Shown here: positions 1 to 7,565 of the stretch, piece by piece
Layout of the letters: the number at the start of each line of letters is the position of its first letter
Numbering within the stretch: the stretch's first letter is position 1
Source: a bacterium
GTDB taxonomy: Bacteria; Bdellovibrionota_C; UBA2361; CALJRW01
Assembly (NCBI GenBank): GCA_031385045.1
Contig: JANNBC010000001.1
Coordinates: forward strand, 1 to 41,629
DNA length: 41,629 bases
Reading direction: 5' to 3'
Made by a program: the position numbers and the translations under genes
The notes under the pieces: generated by a model
The model's input: the letters and a program-made list of their open reading frames with translations, nothing else
Told to the model about the DNA's origin: nothing
Database searches by the model: none

Positions 1-82
1 TAAAAACAACAAATATAGTAAAACCAACATGAATTTCCGAAAAAGTTTTTCGGAAATTCATTCTTGGGTTTACTATATTTAA
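1..82. repeat. Palindromic repeat element, copy 1 (possibly truncated by the window edge)
   Basis: Inverted repeat 11-80 with perfect core ATGAATTTCCGAAAAA-G-TTTTTCGGAAATTCAT (29-61). Bases 1-82 match 1078-1159 with 4 substitutions. Confidence 0.9.
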
Positions 83-120
83 ATTATAAATTTAAACAAT
101 ACAATCAAGAACTGTAGTAA

Positions 121-837
121 TTAATTGTTACACTTTCCTGGACTATAGGCCGGAAGCTTAATAATAAAATGATTCTCAGCTACTGATAGCGGCAGAGAGC
201 CTAAGCCCTGAACTAAATCTTTTAACGAAGTAGCCTTTTTAGCATTAGAAATATTTTTAACTAAAGCTGGGAGATCGTTTACTAAAAGTGGATTATAATA
301 CTCAATGCTTTTATTAAGATTAAGAATAGAGGTAAAATAAATCTTATCACTTGGAAAAAGATTAGGATCTAAATAATCTGAATTAGTGGATGTTGGCTTA
401 CCTGTTTTAGGATCGTTTTTAAATTGATATCTTGAAAAAACCTCAGTAAATTTAGCAGCATTCTTGTCGGCACAATAATTTTTACCTTCGGAATCAGAGC
501 AAATAAATAAGGCAAGTGGCCCCTTCGGTAATTTAGATAAATCAAATTTAAAAATTGCACTACTATCATTAGGATTAGTTGAATCTAATAAGGTCTTGGT
601 AATCACCTTATCTTCATTTAAAGCCTCTAAAGTAACAATAACTTTTGCCTTTTGTTTCTTCTCTACTCGCTCTTGAAATTCATATTTAATGGCATCAAGA
701 TCACCAAAAACACAACGTTCGTCGAGAATTATTTTCACCGTTAAAGTCTTATCTTTTAAGGCTAAGGCTTTAACCTCAGCTGATAATTCCGAACCAACAA
801 GTAACAAAAAGGCAATTAAACAAGGGATAAATTTCAT
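121..837 (-). CDS. Exported hypothetical protein (238 aa)
   Basis: Signal-peptide-like N-terminus (MKFIPCLIAFLLLVGSELSA|E), GGAG RBS upstream, several Cys (LFICSDSEGKNYC, C-terminal KCNN). No family recognised. Confidence 0.8.
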   Translation of the reverse strand: MKFIPCLIAFLLLVGSELSAEVKALALKDKTLTVKIILDERCVFGDLDAIKYEFQERVEKKQKAKVIVTLEALNEDKVITKTLLDSTNPNDSSAIFKFDLSKLPKGPLALFICSDSEGKNYCADKNAAKFTEVFSRYQFKNDPKTGKPTSTNSDYLDPNLFPSDKIYFTSILNLNKSIEYYNPLLVNDLPALVKNISNAKKATSLKDLVQGLGSLPLSVAENHFIIKLPAYSPGKCNN

Positions 838-993
838 AAGAGTGCTCCAATGTACATAGTGTAATACAAGAAGGTTATATTTAAATAAAAGCCTTTTGAT
901 TATTGTAATATTTAAGTAAACAAATTGTAAATCATCAAATATTGATTTGAGTAAAGTAATAAGGTCTTGCTTGCAAAGCCTAGTATATATAGA

Positions 994-1038
994 GAGTCCA
1001 AAAAAGGATTTCCGTTAAGGAAATTATTTTTTGGACTC
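994..1038. repeat. Inverted repeat / stem-loop (20-bp arms, 2 mismatches, 5-nt loop)
   Basis: GAGTCCAAAAAAGGATTTCC-GTTAA-GGAAATTATTTTTTGGACTC. Confidence 0.8.
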
Positions 1039-1039
1039 G

Positions 1040-1077
1040 GGCTTTTCAAACCTGGCTTTAGCCAGGTTTGAAAAGCC
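1040..1077. repeat. Perfect 18-bp inverted repeat
   Basis: GGCTTTTCAAACCTGGCT-TT-AGCCAGGTTTGAAAAGCC. Confidence 0.9.
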
Positions 1078-1159
1078 TAAAAACAACAAAGATAGTAAAA
1101 CAAACATGAATTTCCGAAAAACTTTTTCGGAAATTCATTCTTGGGTTTACTATGTTTAA
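1078..1159. repeat. Palindromic repeat element, copy 2, abutting the stop codon of the 890-aa gene
   Basis: Same core ATGAATTTCCGAAAAA-C-TTTTTCGGAAATTCAT; near-identical to 1-82. Confidence 0.9.
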
Positions 1160-3832
1160 TTACTTCTTCAGATTATCAAATTCAGATTGCAGAATTAGAT
1201 CTCCAGTATAGATACCCTCAGAGACCAGTAAATGACTTTCTACATTCGAAACTGTAATTTCCGATAAGATAAAGTTAATCACATTTTGACCAACGGCGAC
1301 AGGTAATAATTCTTGATTATCAACAACTACCCAAGAGCCATCAGCTTTTTTCACAAAATCTCCTTGCCTCACATCGACAGCTCGTTTTAAGCCAGCTTTT
1401 GTTAAGACAACATGTTTCTGACTGACGGTAATTTTTTCCGGGCCATAAGTTAATTTAATTAACCCTATTTTTTCAGGACCTTCTACTACCTTTAGAACTT
1501 CCAGTGTTTGCCCAGCTACTCCTAATAAATGATCGCCTACCTGAACATTCTCAACTAAAACTTTTTCGTTATTAGCCAAGGTAATCTTAGTACCAGGAGG
1601 GAAACATCCGTCACTGCCACGATTACAAGCACAAGTCCAACAAGCATTAGGATCGGCTGAGATCTGAGTCGAAGTAAAATTATCATTTCCATTATTACCA
1701 TTATTGATCGTAATGTTTCCAGAACTATCAACTCGAGTAATAGTGGCATTGGAATTAGTATTTCCAAAGAATAAGTCTGCGATACCGCGAAAATTTCTAA
1801 AATTAAACGCTGAATCTACCCCATCACCTGGAACACAAACTATCCGATAATCAGGACAGAACTGGTTTGTACCATTCCCACGATCGACTTGAGTTGGCAC
1901 AGGAACATTATCACATGAATTAACTTTACAAGTGATTGAACATTCCGAAGCAGTTCCATTACTGGCTCCTAGATCGCAATCCTCACCAAGATCAACTATT
2001 CCATCACCACAATATGGATCGACATTACAATCTGAGTTACAGATTGCACCAGCATTTCCTGCTTGAACACCAGAATCTAGTTTAAAGTCATCACCGTCAC
2101 ATAGCTCATCATTATTTCTAAGGCCATCACCACAATATGGAATGACTTCACATGACGGAGTACAAACTTCTCCTGTGGAGCCGGCTTGAATTCCATCTGC
2201 GGTTCCAAAGTCAGTACCATCGCACAGTTCATTTACATTCCTTAGGCCATCACCACAGTATGGGTTAATCTGACACTGAGCATTACAAAGTAAATTATTA
2301 GCACTTACTTGAAGACCTTCCTCCAGCCCAAAATCAGTCCCATCGCATAGCTCATTGTTATCTCTTACTCCATCACCGCAATATGGATCTACATTACAAT
2401 CAGAGTTACAGATTGCACCTTTAGCCCCCGCTTGAATACCTGAGTCTAGTTTAAAATCATCCCCATCACAGAGCTCATTATTATTTCTAAGATTATCTCC
2501 ACAATATGGAATTACTTCACATGTCGGGTTACAAACCTGTCCATTCAGACCTGCTTGAATTCCTTCCGCAGTTCCAAAGTCAGTTCCATCACAAAATTCA
2601 TTGGCATTTCGTTTTCCATCACCACAATATGGATTAACTTGGCACTGAGCATTACATGTCACAGCAGGACTAATCGTAGTTGCAAGAATACCGAAATCTG
2701 TGCCATCACAAAGTTCGTTAGAATCTTTAATTCCATCACCGCAATATGGATTAATTTGGCAACTGGAGTTACAAACTTCACCTAGCTTGCCAGCTTGACT
2801 GCCAGCATCTAATTTAAAATCGTTGCCATCACATAGCTCGTTATCATCTCTGACACCATCACCACAATATGGATTTACTTGGCAGCTTGAGTTACAAACT
2901 TGTCCATTAGTACCTACTTGAACTCCTTCCGCAGTTCCAAAGTCAGTACCATCGCAAAGCTCATTTAAGTTCCTTCGGCCGTCACCACAGTATGGATTAA
3001 TCTGACACTGTGCATTACAAACTTGCCCATTTAAACCAATTTGAACACCTTCATCAATTCCAAAATCAATACCATCACAAAGTTCATTGTTACCTCTGAT
3101 GCCATCACCGCAATAGGGATTGATTTCACAATTAACAGAACAGGTAGCATTAGGATGAGTAACAGAACCTAAGTTAGTAGAATCACACTCCTCAATTCCA
3201 GCTTGAATTTCGCCATCACCACAATAAGTACATTTGAATCCATTACTACGACAACCGGCAACATAGCCATTATTTCCACTGGTAATTCCATAATCACAGG
3301 ATTCATGATTAGCAGCATCAATGTAACCATCACCACAAGTAATTACTTTACAGTTATTTCTACAAACTTTTCCGGTTGGAACATCGCTTCCATCACATTC
3401 CTCCGAGGGATCGTTCACATCACCATCGCCACACTTAGTGCAATTAGGGCGACATCCCAGACGCGTTGCGGGATCATTAAAATCACAAGTTTCACCTTTT
3501 GGTAAATCAATTGTAGTTGTCCAAACTCCATCTCCACAGTATGGAAGCTTGCAATCCTTGCGGCAATTATCTGTTAAATTTGCATTGCCATCATCACACT
3601 CCTCACCAAGTAAAACGAGCCCATCTCCACAATATGAACAGGTAAAACATTCACAATGACTACAACCACAAATATTTGGATCGGAAACAATGGTTGACTC
3701 CTGACCAGGAGGACAAGAAACTTGAATCGGCGCACGATCTTGCGCTAGCAGTATAATTGGAAAAATTGTTAGAAGTAAAAGGCTACAAAGTAACCTCCCA
3801 TCTGGTATGGAAAAAACGAGTTGTCTAGACAT
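1160..3832 (-). CDS. Exported Cys-rich repeat protein (Myxococcus Cys-rich/DUF4215-like CGDG repeats) with C-terminal Hint domain, 890 aa
   Basis: Signal peptide (..PIILLA|QDR), 15 CGD(G/N) repeats (e.g. CGDGLVLLGEECDDGN), then G|CFPPGTKITLA...TVSQKHV...HLLVSEGIYTGDL Hint motifs. Confidence 0.9.
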   Translation of the reverse strand: MSRQLVFSIPDGRLLCSLLLLTIFPIILLAQDRAPIQVSCPPGQESTIVSDPNICGCSHCECFTCSYCGDGLVLLGEECDDGNANLTDNCRKDCKLPYCGDGVWTTTIDLPKGETCDFNDPATRLGCRPNCTKCGDGDVNDPSEECDGSDVPTGKVCRNNCKVITCGDGYIDAANHESCDYGITSGNNGYVAGCRSNGFKCTYCGDGEIQAGIEECDSTNLGSVTHPNATCSVNCEINPYCGDGIRGNNELCDGIDFGIDEGVQIGLNGQVCNAQCQINPYCGDGRRNLNELCDGTDFGTAEGVQVGTNGQVCNSSCQVNPYCGDGVRDDNELCDGNDFKLDAGSQAGKLGEVCNSSCQINPYCGDGIKDSNELCDGTDFGILATTISPAVTCNAQCQVNPYCGDGKRNANEFCDGTDFGTAEGIQAGLNGQVCNPTCEVIPYCGDNLRNNNELCDGDDFKLDSGIQAGAKGAICNSDCNVDPYCGDGVRDNNELCDGTDFGLEEGLQVSANNLLCNAQCQINPYCGDGLRNVNELCDGTDFGTADGIQAGSTGEVCTPSCEVIPYCGDGLRNNDELCDGDDFKLDSGVQAGNAGAICNSDCNVDPYCGDGIVDLGEDCDLGASNGTASECSITCKVNSCDNVPVPTQVDRGNGTNQFCPDYRIVCVPGDGVDSAFNFRNFRGIADLFFGNTNSNATITRVDSSGNITINNGNNGNDNFTSTQISADPNACWTCACNRGSDGCFPPGTKITLANNEKVLVENVQVGDHLLGVAGQTLEVLKVVEGPEKIGLIKLTYGPEKITVSQKHVVLTKAGLKRAVDVRQGDFVKKADGSWVVVDNQELLPVAVGQNVINFILSEITVSNVESHLLVSEGIYTGDLILQSEFDNLKK
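1163..1606 (-). other. Hint (Hedgehog/intein-like) domain of the 890-aa protein, Cys1 = Cys743
   Basis: Block A CFPPGTKI, VENVQVGD strand, block B-like VSQKH, AVDVRQGD, block F-like VINF, terminal HLLVSEGIYTGD. Confidence 0.85.
2015..3115 (-). repeat. Intragenic tandem array: 9 units of 41 aa (123 bp; one unit is 39 aa)
   Basis: Consensus YCGDGxRxxNELCDGxDFxxxxGxQxGxxGxxCNxxCxVxP; 8x41+39 = 367 aa = 1101 bp. Confidence 0.92.
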
Positions 3833-3984
3833 GACTTAACCTTAAAACGATTGACACCTGTGTATTAGGATTCAGATGGGATGAAATTAGATTCTAGAAC
3901 TCCCCAACTAGCTATTTCCAGTAATAGCTTTGCTAGAAAGCTATTCATTACAATGACTTAATAGGCATTTAGTTTATTTGAACA

Positions 3985-4022
3985 AAATCTGAGTTTACCA
4001 AATTAATGATAAACTCAGATTT
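3985..4022 (-). terminator. Putative terminator or stabilising stem-loop after the 924-aa gene
   Basis: AAATCTGAGTTTA-N12-TAAACTCAGATTT, ~45 nt past the stop codon; only a short U-tract on the minus strand. Confidence 0.5.
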
Positions 4023-4065
4023 CAACTTGCTTAATTAAAAGGACATTAACTCATTACCAAAGAAT

Positions 4066-6840
4066 TTACTGATTAATTATCTCCTGAGCAGTAAGATCCC
4101 CAGTAACAATTCCATCTGAAAGCACCATATGGTTATCTAATTGATCATCACCTTCTAAGCGGATATTTAATACTTTTTGGCTAGATTTAATCGGAAGATA
4201 TTTTACTTTGGTAACTTCTGCTTTTGTTCCATTTAAAGTTAAGAGATCTCCAGTTTTAACATCACGAGCTAGAATAACCCCATCATTAGTTTTTACTGGA
4301 TGTTTCTGAGTCACTCGAACAGATTTATCCCCCACAGCGATTTCTACAATTGCTTCAGATTCAGAAGATTCTAGAACATTCTTAACTTTAGCGATTTTAC
4401 CACTTACTGGATTTAAAACTTCTTCTCCCGCGTGTATATCTTGAATTTCTTTTTCTTCTCCATTCGCCATTAAAATTTTGGTTTCTGGCACAAAGCAACC
4501 TTCTAATCTTAAAGCTGCACAGGTCCAACAAACATTCTCTTGGAAGGCACATGTATTTTCATAAGGTACGCGCTTATTATCCTTGTTGTAATAATGAACC
4601 GTTGTATCAATCACAGTTTTATTTGTTGGATCACTCCCCCAATTGTATACAAAACCATCAACTCGGGCGATCCCTTTAGTGCCATCACCAGCTCCAAAAA
4701 ATAATTTTCCAGAACCATCATAGTCATGATTATTATTAACAAAAGCATCTTCTAATTGCTGCGTCCAACCTGCTGGCCGTAGTGCATTAGAAGTTCCACC
4801 AGTCAAATCATTAACAAGTGTTGGTTTCCATCCCCAAGCATCATTAACTGTTAGGATTTCACCATTTTGATCAACATCGATCCCTTCAATTGCTTCCAGA
4901 ATCCTTGTGCCTTCATCGATAAATTGTTGTGTGCTAAGCTTTCCATCTTTATCTAATGAATTTGTATAATACCAACCACCGTAAACTCCATTCTCACGAG
5001 AATGATAACCAAGCACACAAACTCTCATATTAAACATGGTATAATTACCCATATCTTCAACTTTACCTTGTTGATCTTCTGGATACTCCAAACCTAGGCA
5101 ACAATTGGCCTCACCGTAATACTGCTCACTTGGATCACGCCCACAAGCATCATCCTCAACTTTACATGTTGAAGAACAAGTTGCGTTTGGATTAATTGCC
5201 AGAATTTCTGGATTAATATCATTCCCATCACATTCTTCAAGCTCTGAACAAACCGTATATCCTGCACTGATCCCTCTTGAACTACAAGTGTAATCACTTA
5301 CATATTCAAGAACTCCAGCACTATTTTTAATCCAAGAACTATTTGGATGAGGCTGACCTGGACCTGCTGGTTGAACCTCACAAACGCCACTACCACGAAC
5401 TCCATCACCACAGTAATTTTTCACAATTACTTTACATTGCTGTGGATTACAAAATAGAGCACTTTCGGGAATGTTTTTAGAATTAGTATATCCAGAAAAG
5501 TCTGTCCCTTCACATTCCTCTGTTCCATTTACTAGACCATCACCACAATAAGGTGTTACTTTACATGTCTCCGGATTACAGGAAGCTAAGGGATGAACTG
5601 GACTTTTTAAATAATGACAACCATCACACTCTTCATTGCCGTTAACTGCATTATCACCACAGTAAGTTTTAACTTCCACAGTGCATTTATCGGTACATGT
5701 AATGGCACTACGCGGAAGTTCTGGATGAAGATCTAAATATGCTTGAGCAACATCATTGCCATCGCATGTCTCATCAGAGTTAGCGATCTTATCACCACAA
5801 TATTCTTCTACGATAACCTTGCAGTCGCTGGTACAGACCAAAGCATCTCGAGGAATGTTGGATTTATCTGGATTACGTTTATAAAATAAATCAAAATCAA
5901 TACCATCACACTCCTCATCTTCCGTGCAATAGCCAGTATTATTTGTGAAATCAACACAGAGTGCTGGCGTGGCAACACCATCACCACAGTATTTCTTAAC
6001 ATGTACTTCACAACTGGCAGTACAGATTAAATTTGCAAGAGGAATATTATTAGGATTTTTATAATTACCAAAATTTGTTCCTTCGCAAGTCTCGTTACTG
6101 GCTAATTGCCCATCTCCACAATATGAATTTATTTTGCAAGTAGCAGAGCAGCTCGCATTAGGATTTGTAACTGTTCCTAGATTGGTAGAATCGCACTCTT
6201 CAACTCCTGCTTGAATTTCACCATCGCCACAGTATGTACATTTAAAGCCATTACTTCGGCAACCAGCGACATACCCACTATGCCCACTTGTAATTCCATA
6301 GTCACAAGTCTCATGATTAAGATTATCGATATAACCATCTCCACATGAAACTAACTTACAATTATCTCGACAAACTTTACCGGCAGGCTTATCTGTTCCA
6401 TCACATTCTTCGGAAAGATCATTCCGAAGATTATCACCACACTTAGTACAATTGGTACGACATCCCGTACGAGTGGCAGGATCATTAAAATCACAAGTTT
6501 TACCCTTTGGTAAATCAATAGTGGAAGTCCATACTCCATCTCCACAGTATGGAAGTTTACAATCTTTACGACAGTTATCCGTTAAATTCGCATTTCCATC
6601 ATCACATTCCTCACCTTGCAAAACTAGTCCATCTCCACAATAGGAGCAGGTAAAACATTCACAGCTACTACAACCACAAATATTAGGATCGGAAACTAAA
6701 GTTGGCTTTTGTCCAGGAGGACACGAAACATTTGAGGAAATCCGATCTTGAGCAAAGAGTAATGTTGGTAAAATTGTTATGAGTAAAAGGCTACAAAGTA
6801 ACCTCCTACAAGAAACCGAAGAAATGAACTGTCTAGACAT
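4066..6840 (-). CDS. Exported Cys-rich repeat protein with C-terminal Hint domain, 924 aa; paralogue of 1160-3832
   Basis: Signal peptide (..PTLLFA|QDR), 11 CGD(G/N/K) repeats, first ~245 aa collinear with the 890-aa protein, G|CFVPETKILMA...RVTQKHPV...HMVLSDGIVTGDL. Confidence 0.9.
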   Translation of the reverse strand: MSRQFISSVSCRRLLCSLLLITILPTLLFAQDRISSNVSCPPGQKPTLVSDPNICGCSSCECFTCSYCGDGLVLQGEECDDGNANLTDNCRKDCKLPYCGDGVWTSTIDLPKGKTCDFNDPATRTGCRTNCTKCGDNLRNDLSEECDGTDKPAGKVCRDNCKLVSCGDGYIDNLNHETCDYGITSGHSGYVAGCRSNGFKCTYCGDGEIQAGVEECDSTNLGTVTNPNASCSATCKINSYCGDGQLASNETCEGTNFGNYKNPNNIPLANLICTASCEVHVKKYCGDGVATPALCVDFTNNTGYCTEDEECDGIDFDLFYKRNPDKSNIPRDALVCTSDCKVIVEEYCGDKIANSDETCDGNDVAQAYLDLHPELPRSAITCTDKCTVEVKTYCGDNAVNGNEECDGCHYLKSPVHPLASCNPETCKVTPYCGDGLVNGTEECEGTDFSGYTNSKNIPESALFCNPQQCKVIVKNYCGDGVRGSGVCEVQPAGPGQPHPNSSWIKNSAGVLEYVSDYTCSSRGISAGYTVCSELEECDGNDINPEILAINPNATCSSTCKVEDDACGRDPSEQYYGEANCCLGLEYPEDQQGKVEDMGNYTMFNMRVCVLGYHSRENGVYGGWYYTNSLDKDGKLSTQQFIDEGTRILEAIEGIDVDQNGEILTVNDAWGWKPTLVNDLTGGTSNALRPAGWTQQLEDAFVNNNHDYDGSGKLFFGAGDGTKGIARVDGFVYNWGSDPTNKTVIDTTVHYYNKDNKRVPYENTCAFQENVCWTCAALRLEGCFVPETKILMANGEEKEIQDIHAGEEVLNPVSGKIAKVKNVLESSESEAIVEIAVGDKSVRVTQKHPVKTNDGVILARDVKTGDLLTLNGTKAEVTKVKYLPIKSSQKVLNIRLEGDDQLDNHMVLSDGIVTGDLTAQEIINQ
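4069..4497 (-). other. Hint domain of the 924-aa protein, Cys1 = Cys782
   Basis: CFVPETKI, IQDIHAGE, TxxH motif TQKH, ARDVKTGD, VLNI, HMVLSDGIVTGD. Confidence 0.88.
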
Positions 6841-7007
6841 GACTTAACCTTAAATATACTGGAGCTTGAAAGTTAAGATTCAGATCTGCTTAATTAAGTT
6901 TCTTTATCGTTTTAATGGCTAGGCAACTCTCCCAATTTTATTGCAAATAACAAAATAAATATTTAATATTATTACACAATTTCGACTCTCCTCAATAATA
7001 CGGGGCA

Positions 7008-7436
7008 TCAAAAGATCTTTCCAAATAATTCTTTAGCCTTACCAAAAAGACCAGATTCACCTTTAAATATATTTAAAATTGTTCCTAACTTACCACCAAA
7101 TAACGTACTTACTAAATCAATTCCCTTATCAATAATACTTGGCTTATTAATCATATTATTGTTTTCATTGCTAGTAATTTGGTTTGATTGATTAATTGAA
7201 TTAGTTGCATTGGGACTTAACAAGCCTACTTGCTGGAATATATTTCCAACGACTTGCAGTATTATATTACTAAAGCCAGTGAGCAGATTATCCATAATTG
7301 TATGCTGGCACTGCCCAGGCATGCTTGCTGACATTGAATTTGTCATCGCTGACTGTTGTGAAACTGCACTATTAACGTTTGCTAATTCGAATTGCGATGG
7401 GACTGCCGATGTATTGATTGGTTTAATTTCTAACAT
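7008..7436 (-). CDS. Hypothetical protein (142 aa), S/N/Q-rich with amphipathic Lys/Gly/Phe-rich C-terminus
   Basis: Strong RBS (AAAGGAGAG) just upstream of the ATG; no family recognised. Confidence 0.75.
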   Translation of the reverse strand: MLEIKPINTSAVPSQFELANVNSAVSQQSAMTNSMSASMPGQCQHTIMDNLLTGFSNIILQVVGNIFQQVGLLSPNATNSINQSNQITSNENNNMINKPSIIDKGIDLVSTLFGGKLGTILNIFKGESGLFGKAKELFGKIF

Positions 7437-7565
7437 TATCTCTCCTTTGTAAAAAATATATTGGAGATGCTGCTACAAATTAGCAACACTCACTAATATT
7501 TCTTAATCGTTAAAGAAGATCCGATGTTGCTGAAAAATAATATTTATTCGAAATAATCAGGAAAA

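Noticed and set aside
1..1159. Palindromes after each gene as integron attC sites
   Set aside because: No conserved RYYYAAC/GTTRRRY pairing at the hairpin ends in both copies, and no integron integrase in the window.
994..1159. Hairpin cluster as a CRISPR array
   Set aside because: The hairpins differ in sequence, there is no repeat-spacer periodicity, and there are no cas genes.
1163..4497. Hint domains as true inteins or polymorphic-toxin pretoxin Hints
   Set aside because: No terminal His-Asn, no +1 Cys/Ser/Thr, no endonuclease, and only about 10 residues follow, so there is no C-extein or toxin domain and no immunity-gene pattern.
3438..6643. Similar plus-strand ORFs 3438-3659 and 6452-6643 as a small-protein family
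   Set aside because: They are antisense shadows of the conserved N-termini of the two paralogous genes, which fully explains their similarity.
1160..6840. Diversity-generating retroelement (template/variable repeat pair)
   Set aside because: No reverse transcriptase in the window, and differences between repeats and paralogues are not visibly adenine-specific.
1160..6840. Multiheme cytochrome or Fe-S protein because of the high Cys content
   Set aside because: No CxxCH motifs; the Cys pattern fits disulfide-bonded CGDG repeats in exported proteins.
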